The translations under genes and the position numbers were made by a program. A stretch of DNA of 64,000 bases from Nemertoderma westbladi (taxonomy: Eukaryota > Animalia > Xenacoelomorpha), in assembly GCA_032718475.1 (NCBI GenBank), contig JAUCBJ010007129.1, positions 1-64,000 of the forward strand. Direction: 5' to 3'. Of this stretch, positions 22,712 through 33,020 are shown piece by piece (within the stretch, counting starts at the first letter, position 1; the number at the start of each line of letters is the position of its first letter). Under the pieces are notes generated by a model. The model saw only the letters and a program-made list of their open reading frames with translations, did not search any database and was not told the origin of the DNA.

Positions 22712-25700
22712 ATGGAGAAAGGGACACAAGGAGAGCCGAGATGGGGATATGATATCCAAGAGGAGGCAGCAGCGCCATTCGAAAGATTTGGAGCCAAGGA
22801 TTATACTATATTTGGTATAAAAGAATTATCGGAAAGTACAGCGAAACTCGCGAGAACTAAATATGACTCGAATGTATTAAAGAGAAGGCAAAACGCATTA
22901 AACGAAAGAATCGAAAGTTTGCGCCAAACCTTCAACGAACTTTACCCGTACGATGCTTTGTGTGATACGGGAGACATTAGCGAAGACCCCGATACTGAAA
23001 TTAGTCGTTTGTATCATACCATGCAATACCTAAAGGCGCACGAACCTATGCCCGCGGTACGCGATGAATTCGATGGAATGCATCTTTACAGACGAACTCG
23101 AGGGGACGATAGAGAAACCAAGGAAGCATTTTCAGTTTATAAACTTTATTATCAATGCGGTTCTTGTATGCGCGAACAACGAAATGCGATTCCGATGCGT
23201 TTGAATAAGGAAAATCCCGAACCGATATTGGCGAGGTGTTCGAATCATCAACAACTACGCTACCAGGAAGGAGGGTATCCTTTATCGAATCCATATCATT
23301 CATTTGCTATGACCGGACCAAAGGCGGGAGAAACTGTCATTTACCCACCTAAGGTTGTTGAACCCGATGTATTTGAACTTACGCTGGACGAGGCGAATCA
23401 GTCAACCCGCGAAAAGAAAGAAGCTCTTAGCCTATACAGGGCCTACAAGGCTTTCGAGAAAGGTGAGATGGAAGAATGGGGTGGAAGACTCGCGAGCCTA
23501 CCTTGCCATTGGACGTCACACGATCAAACTTCAGCTAAGGAGATGACACCGGAAGTTTTCGAGAGCATAAACTTTGCTCAAAACGTTATTCAGAGACTAC
23601 AGATTGCATCCCCGGAGAGGCCAAGAGAAATGCAACCGTATAGTACTTCAGCTACGAAACCATTGAGTACGACACTCAATTTCCCTATTAGTATACCAGT
23701 CCGACAGGATACGACGTACGAAATACCCATCGTGGATCATCCAGAAATCATTTCAAACTTGGAGTTTCTTCCTGCAGTTGTTTTCAGCGATATGAGTAAG
23801 ATATATGATTTACGTAGACATATTACTCAAAAGGTCGTGAACAACGTTCCACCTCATATCCAAGATTTTAAGGAACTGGATAGAGCTGGTGCCGACATAG
23901 CTCCGAGTAATCTGAAAGGATACCTAACCAAGACGATTCGTTTATGGATTGGAATCGGAACCTTCGAGTCGGATACAGATATTGCCGCAGATTGGCGAGG
24001 TAAGGTTATTCGTTTCGATGAGGATAAGGATATAGAGAAGATTTGGCAACCTTCGGAAGAATTGTTGGATGAATGGACTAGGACGTTTAGATCGTTTCAG
24101 GAAAACGGTTATATGTTTTACGATAACGAGGGCGGCAGTCATCAGCAGAGTTTGACTTCTAAGACTATACAGATTAGAGCGGCGGACGGAGTCCTGCACG
24201 TTTTCAGTAGACAGAGGAGCGACAAACGAATGCCGATACCTCCAGCGAATACAAAGCGACACCATCTTATCACCGATATAGTAAAGAAGATGGACCAAGC
24301 TTGTAATATTGACGCTAGAATGCTACCAAAGATGGTAAGAAACATGATTTTAGATAAAACTGTTGTAAAGGTTGGATCAGGAGTAAGGGAGGATTTAATT
24401 AGCGACTTCGCCGGCATGACGGACAGCGATGACCGACTACCGACACCATACGTCGACACTCGACCTCTTATTCTGTGGTCTATAGAACAGGGATATTTTC
24501 GTGAGTATAATACTCAGAAGACTGGAACTGGATACATTTCCTACCTGTTATTCAATTGGGATTATAAGGAAGGTAAAAGAAACAAGTATATTGAAACTTA
24601 TGGAGAAGGTGATACTCCAGATATGAGTGAGTTTGAATCACAGCTTAAATGGAGAGGATGCGTGTATTGGGCTATTACGTCACCTCCAAGAGCGGTCTTA
24701 CAATATTATTTAGCAATAGAGTCGTCAGTGAATGTTTGCCTAATCGCCGACATTGTGTCTCGGACTCTCAAAGGACATCCACTTTGTCTCGGAGAAGATC
24801 ATACGTTCTACATGGAAGGGAGAATTCGTACCGACGTGTTTAGACGATTCCTTGAACCCTTCTACAACTCCGACGCTCAGTGTAATGCCTTTACTCGAGC
24901 AGGATTTAGTATATTTCGAGACGTGTATCTTCGCTGTGCGGGATCTCTTATCGAAAGACCATCTATGTTTACATTGTTACCCTATGAAGGAGAACGTATC
25001 GTGGAAATTACGGATGAATCACGGCAGACGCGCGCGCCTATCGGTCACCTTGGTGATGAATTCGAAGTAACTACTACGATCGCCGACGATCCTTTAGAGG
25101 AACTTCTTGAGATTGAAAGGAACCTCAGGCTGCCCCACGACAGCGGATTCCGAGTGGTGCGCGAGTATCTGTTACAGATTCACCCAGATAACAAAAACAC
25201 GTGGAATTTTCAGAAAGTCGTTAATCGGATTACGTATGGTGAATTCGATCGTTTCCGAACTGAAAAGCGGAACAAGGGAGCTTGGTTAACCGTCGCATGG
25301 GCGTACCGAGCCGCGTTTTACCACAAACGTATACGAGCGAGCGTATTCGAGGAAGAGGAGGTCCTAGAGGCGACGAATATATCAGCCACTCCGGTTGCGC
25401 CGTCTGCACGTCACCCTCGGGAGGACGGACAGGGTAGGATCATACGGGTCCAGAAGGTGGGCCAACAATTGAAGAAAATTATTAATGTAGAAGAACGCAA
25501 GGGAGTTGAGCCGACTATTCGAGTTACTCGGGATACGGTATCACTTCCAAGAGAACCGGTAGGAGGATCGGGACATACACCAGCTGATCAACAGGGGGCG
25601 CAAGCTACTCTTGGGTCTGCGTCGTCCGCCTTTCGCGAGTTCCCAGACGTTCTACCAACTGTAGCGACAACTGATCGGTCACGAGGAATTGGTCGAGGTT

Positions 25701-25858
25701 TTGGGATGCCAAATAGACGAATTTGCGAGGAAATAGTCGCACCGTCCCTCAACGTCCCAAGTAAACCAGTGACTCGCCCCATTAGTCCCATATCGCGAGC
25801 AAAGTCACCTGTGCGCAGTTTTCGAGGACGCGGCAGGGCTCGATCTACTAAGCGATAA
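22712..25858 (+). CDS. ORF3 of A: 1048-aa accessory protein with a DEDDy-like 3'-5' exonuclease domain (~24050-24900)
   Basis: ExoI FYDNEG; LPKMVRNMILDKTVVKVGSGVREDL (WRN/Mut-7 ExoII signature); YVDTRPL; ExoIII-like YLAIE. Homologous to ORF3 of B2. Confidence 0.8.
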   Translation: MEKGTQGEPRWGYDIQEEAAAPFERFGAKDYTIFGIKELSESTAKLARTKYDSNVLKRRQNALNERIESLRQTFNELYPYDALCDTGDISEDPDTEISRLYHTMQYLKAHEPMPAVRDEFDGMHLYRRTRGDDRETKEAFSVYKLYYQCGSCMREQRNAIPMRLNKENPEPILARCSNHQQLRYQEGGYPLSNPYHSFAMTGPKAGETVIYPPKVVEPDVFELTLDEANQSTREKKEALSLYRAYKAFEKGEMEEWGGRLASLPCHWTSHDQTSAKEMTPEVFESINFAQNVIQRLQIASPERPREMQPYSTSATKPLSTTLNFPISIPVRQDTTYEIPIVDHPEIISNLEFLPAVVFSDMSKIYDLRRHITQKVVNNVPPHIQDFKELDRAGADIAPSNLKGYLTKTIRLWIGIGTFESDTDIAADWRGKVIRFDEDKDIEKIWQPSEELLDEWTRTFRSFQENGYMFYDNEGGSHQQSLTSKTIQIRAADGVLHVFSRQRSDKRMPIPPANTKRHHLITDIVKKMDQACNIDARMLPKMVRNMILDKTVVKVGSGVREDLISDFAGMTDSDDRLPTPYVDTRPLILWSIEQGYFREYNTQKTGTGYISYLLFNWDYKEGKRNKYIETYGEGDTPDMSEFESQLKWRGCVYWAITSPPRAVLQYYLAIESSVNVCLIADIVSRTLKGHPLCLGEDHTFYMEGRIRTDVFRRFLEPFYNSDAQCNAFTRAGFSIFRDVYLRCAGSLIERPSMFTLLPYEGERIVEITDESRQTRAPIGHLGDEFEVTTTIADDPLEELLEIERNLRLPHDSGFRVVREYLLQIHPDNKNTWNFQKVVNRITYGEFDRFRTEKRNKGAWLTVAWAYRAAFYHKRIRASVFEEEEVLEATNISATPVAPSARHPREDGQGRIIRVQKVGQQLKKIINVEERKGVEPTIRVTRDTVSLPREPVGGSGHTPADQQGAQATLGSASSAFREFPDVLPTVATTDRSRGIGRGFGMPNRRICEEIVAPSLNVPSKPVTRPISPISRAKSPVRSFRGRGRARSTKR

Positions 25859-26740
25859 AAGGGAGGGCAAGGGTGGACGGAAGACTCGTGGGCCTTTCTT
25901 ATGATTTGTGATTTATTTTGAATTATATGTTTTATATTTAGAAAATTTAGTAAACTTATATTTTATATTTGTGTTTATTTCGAACTTATGCAATTTGTAT
26001 TGTTCCGAATTTATGAAATTTAGAAAGTTTATATTTAGAAGGAACTTATATTTGAAAGATTTATGTTTCATATTTGAGATGCAAAGGTTTATATTATTCT
26101 AAACTTATGCAGTTTATATTTATATTTAAGTAAAGACTTATATTTAGTAAGATTTATATTTAGTAAGAATTTATATTTTATATTTGTAATTATTCCGAAC
26201 TTATACAATTTATATTATTCCAAACTTATGCAATTTGTATTGTTCCGAATATTATGCAATTTATATTTTATAAGTAGTATTTGTACCTAAAGAGAAAGTT
26301 TTATAGACAGAAAATTTGTGCTCAGAAAGACTCATATTTGTAATTATTCCAAACTTATGCAATCTACATTTAGGTACGAAAGTATTTGTAATTACTTGAA
26401 TTTATGCAATATTTGGGATGCAATAGTAGATGGAAGACTTGCGAGCCTTTCTTATTGTTTTCATTTATTTGTATTTGTAATTGTTTGAATTTATGCAATA
26501 TTTGAGATGCAATAGATTTATATTGGTGAATTTAATTTAGATTTATATTGTACTTACTTAGTAAAGCCTTAAATACGTAAAGTTTGAATTTGTAATTATT
26601 TTGTATCGAATCATTACGTAGAAAGGAAGTATTGTTTGAAACTTAATTGTAAATATGTAAGTACGCCCTAAGTATTCTATAGTTTGATTGATTATTGGTG
26701 AAAACCGTATATTTTATGCACGATAATATCCTGTTTTCAT

Positions 26741-26747
26741 GGAGCGG
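26741..26747 (+). promoter_or_regulatory. Short polypurine tract GGAGCGG
   Basis: Directly precedes the 3' LTR. The same GGAGCGG precedes both B 3' LTRs (31387-31394 and 47431-47438, minus strand). Confidence 0.75.
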
Positions 26748-28685
26748 TATAGAATTATATTCCCTAAATGCCGTGGATTTTCAAAATTTTATTTTATTCG
26801 AATTAACTTTGTAAAGATTGCTTTGAGTTCTCATTAGTATTGGTTCTATCTATTGTGTATCTATCGGTCAAGTGGTTCAGTAGCTCAGTTGGTAGAGCGT
26901 TGGAAATTATATGTGTAGTAGGTATCGAGTTCGAATCCTAGTAAGTGCGAATTATTTTTTGTGCAGAATTTCAACTCATTTAAATTAACCGCTACAAATT
27001 AATTGCATTTGTCTGTACCAATAAGGCTGTAGTTATTTGATTGTAACCAATGTCGTGCAAGTTATATATTAGCTGGACCAATAAGCTATCTTTAAAACCT
27101 TGTTAGAACCCATAGAACAATCGAGAATTTTCTCGATTGATTGCAGCACAAATTTAGTATATAAAGGTGCGATTCGTTCATTAGTTATCACTCACACTAC
27201 CTTATACTTCAATCTTATATCTCAATCTTTCTCAGATTATCTTATCAATATTCTGTCGTGCTTAGTTTATTCTCAGATTACATTGTATTATAATTGTGTC
27301 TTCTGTAATAAAGTCAGAATATTCTCTCAGCTTTTCTGTTTTACTATGAATTCACTACGGTGAACAAACTCAGGGACAGGATGGCCGGCTAGAGATCGGG
27401 CCGCAGCAATGAACGGGAACATCACGGGAATGTAGACGAGAGACAACCCGCAATACCATTTAAAGTTATTCGCCCATCGCCTGAAAGGTTAGACAGCGTT
27501 CGATCCTTGCTACCTAAGTATAAGACCAAAAGATCAAAAGGTAGAAGTAGTGACACGCTGCAAGCCTAAAATTACATCATAGGGACTGTACTGTCTTGAT
27601 TCAGGAAAACCCACAGTAGACCTTCACATTCCTACGGGGGGGGGAGGGAGAGAGAGCAGATACTAGTACGCAGATAGGACGTAGGCACACCGGTACAAGG
27701 CATACACATTGGTTAGGGTGCAGCAAACTGTACGCTTAACTCTTTGCTAAGTACAGGTGTGTGTGCGACTATTTGCCGTACAACAGTGTCCATTACATCA
27801 GAACTTGTAGGCTAGGGGGTTGCTGTGTTTTCACCTGAATTGGGATTGTACCGTTCAGGCGGTAGGGCAGTTTACGCTAGGCGCAAATAAATTGAGGCTA
27901 TCAGGGATATACTAACATCTACCGTGTCCCCGCCAACGCCCTAATAGGAAGTTACCCGGACTACCTGGGTGACTAAAATTCTAGATAGGAGCCAGGATAG
28001 CTATTAGTACCTGTACGCCTACAGTAGTAAACTAACACATCTCTTCTTAGTATCAGGGACCTGGTACCTAAAATTGCCGAATTCTGGGCGTAGTATTAAC
28101 CTTATGCCTGAATTTGAGTCCTGGAAATACGCAAGAGGGGAAGGAACCTTACCATTCGTGAGTATTGGACCTACAAGTTACAAAATTAGAATATTCGTAA
28201 AATGCACACCGTACCCAGTAATTATATATGTGAAGGAGCAAAACTGTTTTGACCGTTCAGAATTAACACACGCGCGTTAGAAATTATTTACACCTCGAAA
28301 TATATAAAATTAACTTTGTCCGTACTGTGCTTTGCCCGCTAGTTAGACATCTCCAAATCTGCTCTATACCTAGCTAGCGTCCCTTTGCCTAACCATATAA
28401 ATCACACCGCGGCAAAGTATACGAGCCCCTTAGTCCGTCAGTGAGTCAGCCTGATTTTAGGATTCGCTGCGCGGGATTTGTTTTATCGAAGTTTGCCTGC
28501 TCGTAGACTGTTTTCTGCCTCACCGGTTATAAGAGATCGATACTGCAATATATTCGCTTACTTAGGGTTTACTGTTTTGGTGAGGAGGTCGGATTTATGA
28601 TTTGACTTACAAACTTTACAGTAGGATATTGCAGGTATTGTTACCGTCTCTTCCGATAGTAGGAATAGGCGTATCTCTTCAATTA
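26748..28685 (+). repeat. 3' LTR of A
   Basis: Near-identical to the 5' LTR, with a 21-bp indel near 27190 and few substitutions. Confidence 0.93.
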
Positions 28686-28825
28686 CATAAAGTACAAATG
28701 AATAATTAATATAAAATAAAGTACAAATGAATAAATAAAGTAAAATAAAGTACAATTAATTAAAATTAAATATAAATAAATAAGTATTAATGAATAAAAG
28801 AGCCGCGGTGTCACTTATGACACCC

Positions 28826-29120
28826 TCTTGGGCCTCTCGGCGACAGTTGGACAACACTGATGACCCATTGTGTGTCAGGGCGCTAATCAGTCTGATTAAT
28901 TAGGATAATCAATTAAACCCTAATTAGGAGTCATATGACATCTGTTAGGGTTTAATTGTACTAATTAATTGATGACACCTGTCAATTAGCCTAATTGGGA
29001 GGTGTCACCCAGACAGTCTGGCGCCAATGACACCCAATGACACCCATAGGGTGATAATTGGGTGTCATATGACACCCAATGGGTGTCAGTGAGGTCCAAC
29101 TGTCGCCGAGCCGGCCAAGA
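28826..29120. mobile_element. MITE-like element
   Basis: TIRs TCTTGG..CTCGGCGACAGTTGGAC / GTCCAACTGTCGCCGAG..CCAAGA, with internal TGACACCC/GGGTGTCA repeats. Confidence 0.65.
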
Positions 29121-30112
29121 CCCTACTACTGTCGTTTCAGCCTATTTTAACATATTATTAACTTAATTTCGCGAATATTTAATGTCGATATGATTTCACC
29201 ATTTAAGCAAGATTGTATTGAATTCCCAAATTATTAAAACTATTACATAGAAACTGAGCAGATTTATATATATCAATAACACATTAATTATAAAAAAGTG
29301 AATATAAAACTGCACCAAATTCCCACCACCTATCAGAACAATAAAATTATTTAATATTTATTTTAAAGGAAAGTAGCAGCATAATAGCAGGCTTTTCTAA
29401 CCAAAACAATAAACTAAATTTTGGAGTACAATTTACAGTACAATTTTTACATCTAGGCACTAAGTTTTCAATATTAATTAAACATTAACCCTATGGGAAG
29501 AATGAAACGACATCCCAATTGGCAATTTAGGACCGGGATACCAAACTAGTATGAATTTTGATCTACCCACCCGCACTGCGTCCGAACTCCTTAAATGATA
29601 TACTATCAGCTTAAAAACTAATATAGAGAATTGGTAATAACTGTAAATTAATTCCTTCAAAGCAATTCAACTAATTCAAAGCAAGCAAACAGTCGGCCGA
29701 AGCCGCAGGTGACCCGAAGGCTCCTCTTTCGATAGCTGCTACCCGATGGTAGGGGTGGGCGCTACTCCTATCCCAAGATTTGCTCCCAGTAATTTAACTG
29801 ATACTCATTTAACTGGTAACTAATTACAAATATTTATGGCAATTAGTGTTAATTAAGGTAATTAGGGGATACCCCATTTTGCAATAAGTTTTATTTCAGA
29901 TATCCTACTGTATTTTGCAATGAAACAATGTGGGGTTATGTGAGCGGATTCAATTCCGTCTCATTACCCCCATAAGTGGCGCCCTTTTCAGCAATATTGG
30001 GGATACGAGGTTAATCACAATTAATCTCGTATCACACCCAATAACGGGGACAACACACGGCCCCGAAGGCCACACACAAAAGAGGTTAGAGGTCAAACTA
30101 CCTCGAGAGGGG

Positions 30113-31386
30113 TGTTCGCGCTTTTAGACCTTTAGCAGTTTAACCTGCCAATTTTAATTGTCTTTTTTGTATATCAATTATTTAATGTACTGAAGTTACA
30201 TCAGCCGAAGCCAGCCTGTGCGCGACCATTCACCCACAGTTAAGGGAGACTGGATTCGGATGCTTTGATAGTGATTGCAGTGTAGACCTACTGTATTATT
30301 CGATTGATCGTTAATATATAATCTCTGACAATATATTTACTTTCGGGGAAATATTAACAGTTCCTTTAGGACGTGGCGCTTTAAGTATAAAACAGAGTTA
30401 TGACTTATACTAATCACAACTGGATGGCTACTGAGTTTCGTAAAAAGCGCATTCTTTAGGAGATGCTTTATTAACCTTCACACTACTTCACACGACTTCA
30501 CACTAGTTCACACTACTGCGCACTGATCTGCCGACCGTCACTGAATTTGATCATATATAAGGAGGATAGCAACTGACACATGTAGGGATTATGAAATAAC
30601 ATTTAATTCACACAAAAACCACTATAATGTAAGTCGCAGTTGCTACCGGTAAACCTGTTCCTCTAACCTTTAGTAATCAAGAAGATTGGGGGTTTTATGA
30701 TTATTCATCGGTATTCTCCAAATATATCAGCAATATACACCAACATAACACCAATTAATAACAGAATCAAATAATGCGGTGAACAGTCAGTATGTGTTAC
30801 TTATGCAGTGTTCCATGTGCAGCAATGCATGAATTGCGGTGTGATGCGGTAGTTGAATCGCGTTGCGCTTCAGTGATTCAGATATGAAGTATGATTCAGT
30901 TAATAGTTTTACGTTCTTGAAATCAAAGCCATCTGATGTTTCTGATGTTTAGGTCAAAGTCTGAAACTTCCAACACAGAAGTACAGAAGAATTTCCAAGC
31001 AGTTCTCTCGCTCAGAAAGGTAAACAAAGACCATAATGCATTGCGCGGTTTTACGTAGGCCTCTGTACAAGATAAAATGAAAATCGCTCTGATTGGCTGA
31101 GCTGAGCGAGCTGAACAAAGAGATGTTCCACGTTTACAGTAAATCAGCTGACAGATTTCGTCATCTGAGTTCCAGTCTTTTAGAGTATTAAGCGCATTGC
31201 GGTAAAAATGGCTTGTTATGTCCGCTAAAGCACCTATACTGCGCATTGTGGGGAAAATGGCTTGTTATGTCCGCTAAAACACCTTCACGGTACATTGCGG
31301 AGAAAATGGCTTGTTATGTCCGCTAAAACACCTACACAGGATATTGTGGCGAAAAATGACCTGTTATATCCGCAAAAGCTTTTACA
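30113..31386 (-). repeat. 3' LTR of B1
   Basis: TGTAAAAGC...GCGCGAACA with an adjacent PPT and ~52-bp tandem repeats in U3. Confidence 0.95.
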
Positions 31387-31460
31387 CCGCTCCCAGAAAA
31401 TGGGATTTAATTCTATAAAATATAATAAGTCACAGTCACAAGTCTAAAATATAAAAATAC

Positions 31461-33020
31461 TCTAAACAGTTAGTCCTTCTTACGCGAACGGCGTTTACGC
31501 AGTTTTTTGAGGCTAGCAAGAGTCCTTTTCTCTTTGGGGCGAGCCACTTTACTAGGAGGGCACAACTCCTGGGTGAAGGGTGCAATACAATTGCATCGGA
31601 AGGTTTAGGATTACGGTCGGTGTAGACGCTGGTCGAGGTACTCGGTTGATCAGTATTAACCTCAGTGGAACGAGGTCGAACAACCTTCAGAGCGTGTTTC
31701 AAGACAGCAGCTCTTACTGGTCCCTGATGATTCGTCTGCACGAGAGCGGTAGGTGGACCGTGTGTAGTGAGAAATTTCCTCGGTTTGATGGTTCTTTCCG
31801 ACTCGCGTTCTTGGGCTCTGTCGAAATTGATATGCTTCTCTTCGAGCTGATTTTCCTCCGCTTGTCATTGGAAGCATTCGTCCAAAACTCTTTCAGAGAG
31901 TAGGGTCGTCCAAGTTCGATATCTTCTTAGAGATTCTGGATTTCCCGATCGAACTGGGGTAAACCTAATTCTTTTACCGCTTGGACTTGCCGCTGCAATT
32001 TACGTTTATCTAAACAATCGTAAGTTCCTTTTCCAATCTTTTGTCGAATAGCGTCTAGCGCGTTTCATACAACGCTCTCCTCCACCTTGGTGACAGGTTG
32101 TATCGGGGTTAGACCGGGACGATTATACGGGTTGAACGGCGATATTAGGTGTCCGCGTCCCAATCCGGCTAGGTAAGATGGGCGAATATCTAGGGAGCCC
32201 ACAACCGGAGTGCCACCGACTAATTGTTCGGGTAATACTAGATCTTTGAACAATGAGTGCAGTTCAGGAGGATCCGTCATACTATTAGGATCAAGAGTCT
32301 GACATCTCACCAGGGAATGGGGATGCATGACCGAGTTTTCCGGAACTCTGATCATCGGTTTATTTAAGGATCGTTTGAGTTGAGCGAGCGTAGGTGATAC
32401 GTCGAACAAGTTTCGCTCGAAACTCCAGTAAATATAGCGAGTAAAACTGTGTTTAGCGCAACGTCTCCGCAGATGTTTATGTCTTTCCGTGTGTTGGTTG
32501 GGTCTAGGGCATTCATCGTAATAATACCAAAGTCGCACGTCTTGTAGGGGAAACACGGGTGATCTTTCTCCAGTTTTACTGTCTCTCTTAAGAATTCCAA
32601 ATATACGTTGAAGTCACTGCGTTTATCCGGTTCTTTAACGTCTTCTCTTTCGAGTTGGTTTCGAATAGAATTTTCGTGTTCGATTCTCAGTTTGTCGTTC
32701 CGACTCCGCTGGGTATGATATTAAAATAGGATCATTTCCCTTTCGGTGTCTACATCGTCCATATCGTGTAAATCGATAGGATGGCCAGTAGTTAAGAAGT
32801 CCATATATGTACCATTACGATGCGTATAGCGAGCGATGAATTTTCTATAGTCTAATTCACGCGTGAGCTGTTCCTTTGACATTGGCGGTTCGATATAACG
32901 GCCATCGTCTTCCGTAGTGGGTGGACTAGCTTCGCCACGTATTAAACTATCAACAAACGCTTGCAATGGTAGGGTATATCGCTCCCTGATACCAAGATCA
33001 TCTTCTATCAACTCAGTCAT
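31461..33020 (-). pseudogene. ORF3 remnant of B1 (N-terminal part and basic C-terminus; exonuclease deleted at ~31820)
   Basis: Collinear with B2 51805-50445 and 47860-47480. Confidence 0.85.

Larger units (their letters stand above)
5777..28685 (+). mobile_element. BEL/Pao LTR retrotransposon family A with accessory ORF3
   Basis: Two near-identical ~1.9-kb LTRs, gag-PR-RT-RH-IN order, and Pao-type motifs. No TSD was found. Confidence 0.95.

Noticed and set aside
22712-25858. ORF3 as an envelope protein
   Set aside because: No signal peptide, TM helix or Cys-rich glycoprotein pattern was seen, and it carries exonuclease motifs instead.
29690-29800. GC-rich island resembling a SINE body fragment
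   Set aside because: No Pol III boxes or second copy lie in the window, so it is too weak to call.
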